From the NCBI RefSeq assembly GCF_009914755.1, contig NC_060927.1: a stretch of DNA of 64,000 nucleotides. One strand, 5' to 3'. The translations under genes and the position numbers were made by a program. Under the pieces are notes generated by a model. That model was not told the origin of the DNA. It saw nothing but the letters and a program-made list of their open reading frames with translations, and did no database searches. The stretch is from the human T2T-CHM13v2.0 reference genome, Homo sapiens. Positions 1 to 8,076 of this stretch are shown piece after piece. Numbering within the stretch: position 1 is the stretch's first letter; every line of letters starts with the position of its first letter.

Positions 1-203
1 TGTGTGCGGTGTTAGGTATGGGCCCCTTAAGGAAATGGAAATCAACCAACCAATGGGACAGACAGACAGACAGACAGACAGAGATTCACTTGCCCAAGTG
101 TTCTGTCCTGTCCTCTGAATCCGCTTTCAAGTCGCAAGACGCTGTGAGCTCCAAGTCCACGCAGAGTCCGCCAAACGCTCCGGCCGCTGATCGGCTCCGC
201 GAA

Positions 204-272
204 GATCTGAGTACAGGCCAGCCAGGGTGGGTTTAAATAGCCTCGGGCGCAGCCTAGCAGCGGAAAGGGCGG
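204..272 (-). promoter_or_regulatory. Pol II core promoter (GC box, TATA, Inr) for a copy beyond the left edge
   Basis: GGGCGG 267-272; TATTTAAA 239-232; Inr TCAGATC with +1 A at 208, placing TATA at -31. Confidence 0.65.
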
Positions 273-736
273 ATCTTCACTCCTCCTTTCCATCAGTCAC
301 CCCCAACTTTCCCAGGCTACACCTCGTAGGAAACTGTTCTCCTGCTTTGATTTCATGCGCCACCTTTGGGACAATCTAAGAACTTACAGGTTTTCTTGGC
401 CAGATTTATTAGGAATTGTATGCACTGAAACACTGAAAACCAACTAGTGGTTCTGTGCTTCCCACGTTGTGGTTTTGACACCAGCAGCATCCTTGCCACA
501 ATCAAACCCCGGAGATCCGCAGATCTGTGTTGTAACAAGACCTCCCCCTGACCCTGAAGCATGGCAGTTGAAGAAGTCTTTCCGTGTAAGCGAAAAGACT
601 TTGAAGAAAAGGTGGAGATATGCGTTGTATAAACATTCTTTTGCTCTGGAACCACGTAGAGACTTGGGAGCCAGTTGGGTGGAGCATTCGTTGGATGAGG
701 GTGCTCGGGTTAGGAATATCAAGGTGTTTCTCCAGA

Positions 737-747
737 TAATCCAATCA
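737..747 (+). promoter_or_regulatory. DUX4-type double-homeodomain motif TAATCCAATCA (one per unit)
   Basis: Exact match to TAAYYYAATCA; also starts at 7051, 13357, 19663, 25825, 32137, 38303, 44609, 50913, 57217, 63516. Confidence 0.5.
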
Positions 748-831
748 TCTAATTAAGATTCCAGTTATGCTCATCTGTTTTAAAATTCCGTTTGGGTAAA
801 TTCTTTTAGTCAGACTGAGAATGGCAAAGCC

Positions 832-1286
832 TCAACCCCAATTTCCAGGGAGGGTGGAGAGCCTCAGGTGGAGTTGATCACCAATAGCCTATGGTTTAAC
901 CCATCATGCCTATAGAATGTGGTCTCCATCAAAACCCAAAAGGACTGGGTTCAGAGAGCTTCTGGATAACACTTCCTGGAAGGTAGTGCGCCCCTCCCCG
1001 CATGGCGGGCCCCACATTTATTTCTGAACTTTGTGCAATGTCCGCTAAAATACAACGGCAAATGTAAGTGATTCCCTGCGTGCTGTGAGCTCTTCCAGCA
1101 AATGAATGCAACTAAATCTGGGAGTGGTGGCAACCTGATTTATAGCCAGTTGCTGAGAAGCACAGGTAAAACAACGTAGGGCTTCCCATTGTTATTGGTG
1201 TGGGAGGCCTGTCTGGCGGGACTCGGCCCTTTGGAATCTAATGCTATGTCCCGGTAGATAGCGTCACCATTGAATTAGAAGACACA
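832..1286 (+). mobile_element. MER21-family LTR remnant
   Basis: Recalled consensus blocks gagttgatcaccaat, aaaacccaaaaggactgggttcagagagcttc, agaagcacaggtaaaacaac, ggtagatag..gaattagaagacac. Confidence 0.75.
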
Positions 1287-1450
1287 CATATGTGGATAAT
1301 AATCTTTCTGGTCATTTACTGCATGTCATATTTACAATATGTAATCAAATTCTTTATCCTGACCTTATGGCACCTGGGTTTAGGACCATGATTTGAACCA
1401 AACGTTGGTCTGTCACTTTCTGAGTTTGAAACTTTATTTTGCCTTTAGCG

Positions 1451-1762
1451 TTTTGCTATTGCTTTTTCGTTTTCTTTTGTTTCGTTTCGTTTCTAAGTTC
1501 TGGGGTATATGTGCAGGATGTGCAGATTTGTTACTAAGGTAAACGTGTGCCATGGTGGTTTGCTGCACCTGTCAACCCGTCACCTAGGTATTAAGCCCAG
1601 CATGCAGTAGCTGTTTTTCTTAACGCTCTGCCTCCCGAAAGGCCCCAGTGTGTGTTGTTCCCCTTCCTGTGTCCATGGGATCTCACTTTTCAGCTCCCAT
1701 TATAAGTGAGAAGGTGGCGTTTGGTTTTCTTTCCCTGGATTAGTTTGCTGACGATAATGACC
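1451..1762 (-). mobile_element. L1PA (older primate, about L1PA8-11) 3' end fragment with decayed poly(A)
   Basis: T-rich tract then taagttctggggtatatgtgcagga..ggtaaacgtgtgccatggtggtttgctgcacc..ctaggtattaagccc..ataagtgagaa, the typical L1PA 3' UTR. Confidence 0.9.
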
Positions 1763-1776
1763 ACACATCACCACTG

Positions 1777-1811
1777 TTTTTGTTTTTTAGTATAAAGAGT
1801 AGTATTTTATT
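1777..1811 (-). terminator. AATAAA poly(A) signal followed by an A-rich tract (one per unit)
   Basis: Minus strand reads AATAAAATACTACTCTTTATACTAAAAAACAAAAA. Confidence 0.45.
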
Positions 1812-2150
1812 GAATAAGATTTGCTCACAGAAAAATAAGTTTAAATCTACAACGAATGCCAGAGCCTACAGCAGAAAGCAATTTTCTCACTTTTCCACAC
1901 ACAATGGTTCCTAATAAGTGAAAAAAAAGCCATAAAATTTCATTCACAAATGTACTACTCTGTCTCAAAACACCTCACGTAATCATGCACTGTACTAAAG
2001 CCATCAGATCAGTTCTTCAGTCAGGTTAAAGAAGTATCCCTCTAATAACTGACTTTTATAATGCTATCAATATCCACTCCCAATCAGTCTGCCATTGTTA
2101 ATGGTGTACAGCATTACTGAATACAACGGAATTGATGACGCCCATATCCA

Positions 2151-2265
2151 CAGACAAACCGTGACTTATGATGGTTTGATTTATGATTTTTCAACGTTAT
2201 GATGGGTTTATTGGAATATTAGATTCGTTTCTGAGTTACACTGGGTTTATGAGTATGCGACCCTA
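2151..2265. mobile_element. MER47/Tigger5-like DNA transposon MITE remnant (one per unit)
   Basis: cagac..gacttatgatggtttgatttatgatttttcaacgttatgatgggtttat resembles MER47 internal repeats; copies start at 8465, 14771, 21077, 27239, 33551, 39717, 46023, 52327, 58618. Confidence 0.6.
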
Positions 2266-2504
2266 CACTCCAGAAACAGCTGTATAAGGAAAAACAGGTG
2301 TACCTAATAAAAATATGCTTAGTGACTTGGGATAAACCAATAGATGTTCACAAGTGATGGAGAGCCGTGAAAGAGAGATAGCGGTAAATAGATACAATAA
2401 CACAATTTTCCTGCACCGGTCGAGGATTTCCCCCAAAAAACGCAGAATGTGGGATGCACCTAAGGCATATGAAAGAGAGAGGGCAGAAGGAGTAAGAGAG
2501 AAAT

Positions 2505-2624
2505 AGGAGGAAGGAAGGAAGGAAGCAAGGAAGAAAGGAAGGAAGGAAAGAAGGAAGGCAGGACGGAAGGAAGGAAGGAAGGAAGGAAGGAAGGAAGGAA
2601 GGAAAGAAGGATGAAAGGAAGGAG
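2505..2624 (+). repeat. (GGAA)n purine microsatellite, variable length (one per unit)
   Basis: Longest pure run 10x here, 8x in most units, 9x in units 5 and 6, 11x in unit 10; copies start at 8819, 15125, 21431, 27593, 33905, 40071, 46377, 52681, 58972. Confidence 0.95.
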
Positions 2625-2678
2625 AAAACACCGGTGTTACTAAAACCCCCCAAAAAATGGTTTCCCCCTGTGGGTAAG

Positions 2679-3020
2679 CCTACAATGTGGATGAATCTTG
2701 AAAATATTGTGCTACGTGTTATGTCAGTCATAGCAGCTCACCTATTGTGCAATTCCGTTTATAGGAAATGTCCACAATATGGAAATCTATGCATATGGGA
2801 TTGATCGCACTAGGAAGTTGCTACCTAGGGCTGAGGGTCAGGGAGAGGGTTTGAGACAGAATGAGGAGTGACTAATGTCTACAGGGTCTTTCTCTGGTCG
2901 GGGCTGATAAGACGTTTTACAATGGATTGCGAATTAAAATTGAATGTGCACAACCACAGGTATACTAAAAGCCACTCAATTCATGACCTTTAATGGGGGA
3001 ATCTTACGTGGCGTAGTCTC
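2679..3020 (+). mobile_element. L1MB-type LINE 3' fragment
   Basis: ctacaatgtggatgaatcttgaaaatattgtgcta..aattccgtttataggaaatgtcca..gagtgactaatg..tatactaaaagccact matches the recalled L1MB 3' UTR. Confidence 0.8.
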
Positions 3021-3220
3021 ATGGAGACCACGGCAGACATAGTGAGAGAGAAAAAGGTGAGTAAATATCTGAAACGGAGGCAGAAACAGAGAGAATGAAA
3101 AGCCCTGTGAATGGAAGGGAGAGCGAAAAGGGAAAATGGTCCTATTTACAAATGACAGATGTGAAACTGGGGTTCACATCAACAGTGTCACTGCCAGGAA
3201 GGAGGGTCATGCTAGCCATG

Positions 3221-6202
3221 TCACCGGTAGTGTGGCCCGCAGGGACGCCGACCTGCTGGAGCGTCGTGCCAGCATGGGCTGTGGCAAGCACGTGGGCCAG
3301 CAGGAGGTTCCCGCTGCACAGCTGTGGGGTGAGGATAGACTGGGTGGTGATATCGGCCATTACAGGGGCCTCTTCTGCTGGCAAGAGTGTGACAGTAGCA
3401 AGTAGATGGACAGGCCTGCGTGTGAGGACGGAATGCAGGAGGGGTTCTTGTGCGCCTGGGTGTGGGGCCCTCACGGGAACCGTGGAGAAATGGCCAGGTA
3501 ACTGCGTCATGTGGGCTAGTAGATTGGCCAGGGCTTCGAACTGAAGGACGATAATGGGGAGTAGCTGTCAGGCCCTGGGAGTGCCTGAGTGTAAGTGGAG
3601 ATGGGTTTGGGGTCACTGAGGGATGCGTGGGAGCCATCCCTGTATAGGTACAGGTCATAGGGAGATAGTCTCGTGAGGCCTGTGAGTGTCTAGGGTTGTC
3701 CTGGGTGCCTGGGGCTGACTGTGGCAGAAATCTGGGGAAGGCTGGAGAGAAGCTGGGAGACCCAGGAGAGTCCCTGAAGGCAGGGGGTGAAGAGGTGAAA
3801 GAAATGGGGGAGGGTTGCAGTAAGGTCCGTGAGTTTGTAGGTGATTCCTGGGTGCGGGAAGCTGACTCCAGGTGAAATCTGGAGATGGTTGGAGAGTAGC
3901 TGAGAGAGACAGAAGAGTCCCTGAGGGCTGGGGGTGAGAACATGAGGGAGACGGGGGAGTAAGTCAGTGAAATTCGTGAGTTCGGTGGTGTATCGTGGGT
4001 GCCTGGAACTGACTCCAGCTGGAATCTAGAGAAGTTTTGAGAGTAGCTGAAGGAGACACAAGAGTCCCTGTGGGCTGAGGGCAAAGACCTGAGAGAGACC
4101 AGGGAGGACCTCAGTGAAGTCTGTGAGTCTGTAGGTGATTCCGGAGTGTGGGAGGCTGACTCCTGCTGAAATCTGGGCGTGGTGGGAGAGTAGCTGGGAC
4201 AGACAGGAGAGTCCCAGGGGGCTGGGGGTGAAGACATGAGAGAGACTGGGGAGTAACTCAGTGAAATTGCTGAGTTGGTTGGTGATACCTGGGTGCCTGG
4301 AACTGACCCCCGCTGAAATCTGGGCATGGTTGGAGAGTAGCTGGGACACACAGGAGAGTCCCTGAGGGCTGGGGGTGAAGACATGAGCGAGACCGGGGAG
4401 TAACTGAGTGAAACTGGTGAGTTTGGTGGTGACTCCGGGGTGCCTGGAACTGACTCCAGCTGAAATGTGGGCGTGGTTGGAGAGTAGCTGGGACAGACAG
4501 GAGAGTCCCTGAGGACTGGTGAAGACATGAGAGAGAGTGGAGAGTAATTGAGTGAAATTGGTGAGTTTGGTGGTGATTCCTGGGTGCCTGGAACTGACTC
4601 CCGCTGAAGTGTGGGCGTGGTTGGAGAGTAGCTGGGACAGACAGGCGAGTCCCTGAGGGTTGGAGATAAAGACGTGCTAGAGACTGAGGAGTAACTGAGT
4701 GAAATTGGTGAGTTTGGTGGTGATTCCGGGGTGCCTGGAACGGACTCCAGCTGAAATGTGGGCGTGGTTGGAGAGTAGCTGGGACAGACGGGAGAGTCCC
4801 TGAGGGATGGTGAAGACATGAGAGAGACTGGGGAGTAACGCAGTGAAATTGGTGAGTTTGGTGGTGATTTCTGGGTGTCTGCAACGGACTCCCGCTGAAG
4901 TGTGGGCGTGCTTGGAGAGTAGCTGGGACAGACAGGCGAGTCCCTGAGGGTTGGAGATAAAGACGTGCTGGAGACTGGGGAGTAACTCAGTGAAAGTGGT
5001 GGGCTTGGTGGTGATCCCAGGGTTCCTGGAACTGACCCGCGCTGAAATGTGGGCGTGGTTGGAGAGTAGCTGGGACAGACTGGAGGGTCCGTAAGGGCTG
5101 GGGGTGAAGACGTGAGAGAGACTGTCGAGGATCTCACTGAGGTCTGTGAGTCTGTAGGTGTTTCTGGGGTGTGGGGTACAGACTCCCGCTGAAATCTGGG
5201 CGTAGTTGGAGAGTAGCTGGGACAGACAGGAGAGTCATGGGTGGCTGGGGGTGAGCTGCTGGATGATGGCAGTAAGAACATATGGTACATTATTGATGAA
5301 TGAGGTGACTGTGAAGAATCTCCAGAGGAGGACACGGGAGAACACAATGACATGAGTGACTGTCCTGCTTGGTTAGGAAAGGGAAACGTAAAGTTGTGGA
5401 ATTCTGTTGATGATGGATGTGAGAGTGGTGAAGCCCTGCGGGATGATGTAGAGGACTTCCACATCCCTGGTGAGGAGCTGCCCCTTGGGTCTGAGTTTCT
5501 GGGAGGGGAGAGGGAGAAGCTGGGTGAGGCAGGCATGAATCTTGAGGAGTCAGGGCTGGGGGACCGCTCATATTCTCCCGAGACCTGTGAGTCTCTGGGG
5601 GACTCCTGGGTGCATGGGGCTGGCTCCCGCAGGAACCTGGGGATGGCTGGAGAGTAACTGGGAGCCACAGGAGGGTCCCTGAGGCCTGGGGGTGAAGAGA
5701 TGCAAGACACAGGGGTGGAGCAGCGTGAGGCTCGTGAGTTTGTAGGTGATTCCTGGGTGTGGGGGGCTGACTCCAGCTGAAATCTGGGGTTGTTTGGAGA
5801 GTAGCTGGGAGACACAGGAGACCCCCCGAGAGCTGGGGGTGAGCTGCTGGGTGATGGCAGTAAGAACATGTGGTATATTATTGATGAACGTGGGGACTCT
5901 GAGGAGTCCTCAGAGGAGGACACGGCAGAGCCCAATGGCTTCATTGATTGCCCATCACGGTGAGGACAGGGAAATGGGAGCTTGTGGGATTCTGGTGATG
6001 ACAGAGGTGAGTGTGGTGAAGCCCTAGGGGATGGTGAATGGTAGTTCCGGATCCCTGGTGAGGAGCTTCCCCTTAAGCCTGAGTTTCTGAGAGGGGAGAG
6101 GGAGAAGCTGGGTGAGGCTCGCATGGACCTTGGGGTGTCCGTGCTGGGGGACCGTTCATAAGAAGAGCCAGACAAGACCCTACTGTTCTTAGGTGCAGAC
6201 AT
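3221..6202 (-). CDS. 993-aa Ser/Pro/Thr-rich disordered protein with Pol II CTD-like heptad repeats, copy 1
   Basis: Uninterrupted 2982-bp ORF; ATG has A at -3 (aatcATG); first AUG after the TATA/Inr; diverged 48/49-aa repeats all stay in frame. Confidence 0.7.
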   Translation of the reverse strand: MSAPKNSRVLSGSSYERSPSTDTPRSMRASPSFSLSPLRNSGLRGSSSPGIRNYHSPSPRASPHSPLSSPESHKLPFPCPHRDGQSMKPLGSAVSSSEDSSESPRSSIIYHMFLLPSPSSSPPALGGSPVSPSYSPNNPRFQLESAPHTQESPTNSRASRCSTPVSCISSPPGLRDPPVAPSYSPAIPRFLREPAPCTQESPRDSQVSGEYERSPSPDSSRFMPASPSFSLSPPRNSDPRGSSSPGMWKSSTSSRRASPLSHPSSTEFHNFTFPFPNQAGQSLMSLCSPVSSSGDSSQSPHSSIMYHMFLLPSSSSSPPATHDSPVCPSYSPTTPRFQRESVPHTPETPTDSQTSVRSSTVSLTSSPPALTDPPVCPSYSPTTPTFQRGSVPGTLGSPPSPPLSLSYSPVSSTSLSPTLRDSPVCPSYSPSTPTLQRESVADTQKSPPNSPISLRYSPVSLMSSPSLRDSPVCPSYSPTTPTFQLESVPGTPESPPNSPISLSYSSVSSTSLSPTLRDSPVCPSYSPTTPTLQRESVPGTQESPPNSPISLNYSPLSLMSSPVLRDSPVCPSYSPTTPTFQLESVPGTPESPPNSPVSLSYSPVSLMSSPPALRDSPVCPSYSPTMPRFQRGSVPGTQVSPTNSAISLSYSPVSLMSSPPAPWDSPVCPSYSPTTPRFQQESASHTPESPTDSQTSLRSSLVSLRSLPSAHRDSCVSFSYSQNFSRFQLESVPGTHDTPPNSRISLTYSPVSLMFSPPALRDSSVSLSYSPTISRFHLESASRTQESPTNSRTLLQPSPISFTSSPPAFRDSPGSPSFSPAFPRFLPQSAPGTQDNPRHSQASRDYLPMTCTYTGMAPTHPSVTPNPSPLTLRHSQGLTATPHYRPSVRSPGQSTSPHDAVTWPFLHGSREGPTPRRTRTPPAFRPHTQACPSTCYCHTLASRRGPCNGRYHHPVYPHPTAVQREPPAGPRACHSPCWHDAPAGRRPCGPHYR
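3670..5255 (-). repeat. 147/144-bp tandem array (ACRO1-like), 11 monomers, inside the CDS
   Basis: Anchor Tyr/Phe codon at 5213, 5066, 4919, 4775, 4628, 4484, 4337, 4190, 4043, 3896, 3749 (spacing 147 or 144); two more monomers near 5580-5860. Confidence 0.9.
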
Positions 6203-6263
6203 GATTAGGAAACCTGCAGCTCCCAGGGGCCCCCACTAATGTTCTAACTCGCAGAAGGAAGGA

Positions 6264-6277
6264 GTGTGTGTGCGTGT

Positions 6278-6309
<32 letters not shown>

Positions 6310-6394
6310 TTGTGGGTGTGCGGTGTGAGGTATGGGCCCCTTAAGGAAATGGAAATCAACCAACCAATGGGACAGACAGACAGACAGACAGACA
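6264..6394 (+). repeat. (TG)n and (GACA)6 microsatellites in the predicted 5' leader (one pair per unit)
   Basis: Imperfect TG/CG run 6264-6327; GACA x6 at 6371-6394. Confidence 0.95.
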
Positions 6395-6517
6395 GAGATT
6401 CACTTGCCCAAGTGTTCTGTCCTGTCCTCTGAATCCGCTTTCAAGTCGCAAGACGCTGTGAGCTCCAAGTCCACGCAGAGTCCGCCAAACGCTCCGGCCG
6501 CTGATCCGCTCCGCGAA

Positions 6518-6586
6518 GATCTGAGTACAGGCCAGCCAGGGTGGGTTTAAATAGCCTCGGGCGCAGCCTAGCAGCGGAAAGGGCGG
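6518..6586 (-). promoter_or_regulatory. Core promoter, copy 1 (predicted TSS 6522)
   Basis: TATTTAAA 6553-6546, Inr, GC box. Confidence 0.65.
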
Positions 6587-7145
6587 ATCTTCACTCCTCC
6601 TTTCCATCAGTCACCCCCAACTTTCCCAGGCTACACCTCGTAGGAAACTGTTCTCCTGCTTTGATTTCATGCGCCACCTTTGGGACAATCTAAGAACTTA
6701 CAGGTTTTCTTGGCCAGATTTATTAGGAATTGTATGCACTGAAACACTGAAAACCAACTAGTGGTTCTGTGCTTCCCACGTTGTGGTTTTGACACCAGCA
6801 GCATCCTTGCCACAATCAAACCCCGGAGATCCGCAGATCTGTGTTGTAACAAGACCTCCCCCTGACCCTGAAGCATGGCAGTTGAAGAAGTCTTTCCGTG
6901 TAAGCGAAAAGACTTTGAAGAAAAGGTGGAGATATGCGTTGTATAAACATTCTTTTGCTCTGGAACCACGTAGAGACTTGGGAGCCAGTTGGGTGGAGCA
7001 TTCGTTGGATGAGGGTGCTCGGGTTAGGAATATCAAGGTGTTTCTCCAGATAATCCAATCATCTAATTAAGATTCCAGTTATGCTCATCTGTTTTAAAAT
7101 TCCGTTTGGGTAAATTCTTTTAGTCAGACTGAGAATGGCAAAGCC

Positions 7146-7600
7146 TCAACCCCAATTTCCAGGGAGGGTGGAGAGCCTCAGGTGGAGTTGATCACCAATA
7201 GCCTATGGTTTAACCCATCATGCCTATAGAATGAGGTCTCCATCAAAACCCAAAAGGACTGGGTTCAGAGAGCTTCTGGATAACACTTCCTGGAAGGTAG
7301 TGCGCCCCTCCCCGCATGGCGGGCCCCACATTTATTTCTGAACTTTGTGCAATGTCCGCTAAAATACAACGGCAAATGTAAGTGATTCCCTGCGTGCTGT
7401 GAGCTCTTCCAGCAAATGAATGCAACTAAATCTGGGAGTGGTGGCAACCTGATTTATAGCCAGTTGCTGAGAAGCACAGGTAAAACAACGTAGGGCTTCC
7501 CATTGTTATTGGTGTGGGAGGCCTGTCTGGCGGGACTCGGCCCTTTGGAATCTAATGCTATGTCCCGGTAGATAGCGTCACCATTGAATTAGAAGACACA
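7146..7600 (+). mobile_element. MER21-family LTR remnant
   Basis: Copy of 832-1286. Confidence 0.75.
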
Positions 7601-7764
7601 CATATGTGGAGAATAATCTTTCTGGTCATTTACTGCATGTCATATTTACAATATGTAATCAAATTCTTTATCCTGACCTTATGGCACCTGGGTTTAGGAC
7701 CATGATTTGAACCAAACGTTGGTCTGTCACTTTCTGAGTTTGAAACTTTATTTTGCCTTTAGCG

Positions 7765-8076
7765 TTTTGCTATTGCTTTTTCGTTTTCTTTTGTTTCGTT
7801 TCGTTTCTAAGTTCTGGGGTATATGTGCAGGATGTGCAGATTTGTTACTAAGGTAAACGTGTGCCATGGTGGTTTGCTGCACCTGTCAACCCGTCACCTA
7901 GGTATTAAGCCCAGCATGCAGTAGCTGTTTTTCTTAACGCTCTGCCTCCCGAAAGGCCCCAGTGTGTGTTGTTCCCCTTCCTGTGTCCATGGGATCTCAC
8001 TTTTCAGCTCCCATTATAAGTGAGAAGGTGGCGTTTGGTTTTCTTTCCCTGGATTAGTTTGCTGACGATAATGACC
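7765..8076 (-). mobile_element. L1PA 3' fragment
   Basis: Copy of 1451-1762. Confidence 0.9.

Noticed and set aside
9-1133. Short 60-100 aa ORFs in the promoter and LTR region, repeated in each unit
   Set aside because: They overlap on both strands, span microsatellites or the LTR, often start at non-ATG codons and have no recognisable domains; recurrence only reflects the array
2263-2731. FLPS-repeat ORFs
   Set aside because: Translation of the (TTCC)n microsatellite; the frame changes between units with repeat length
3160-3210. LPGSDTVDVN in an alternative frame resembling the POLR2A terminus ISPDDSDEEN
   Set aside because: Similarity is too weak to distinguish from chance without an alignment
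3095-3544. 149-aa plus-strand ORF and other antisense ORFs (5352-5657, 5746-6027)
   Set aside because: Antisense shadows of the long ORF with no independent support
3670-5255. CRISPR-like repeat/spacer appearance of the recurring ggagagtagctgggac motif
   Set aside because: The intervening sequences are themselves homologous 147-bp monomers, the context is primate TEs, and there are no cas genes
3221-6202. Calling the ORF POLR2A/RPB1, or a mucin
   Set aside because: No polymerase domains and no perfect YSPTSPS runs; no signal peptide or transmembrane segment for a mucin. No gene symbol assigned.
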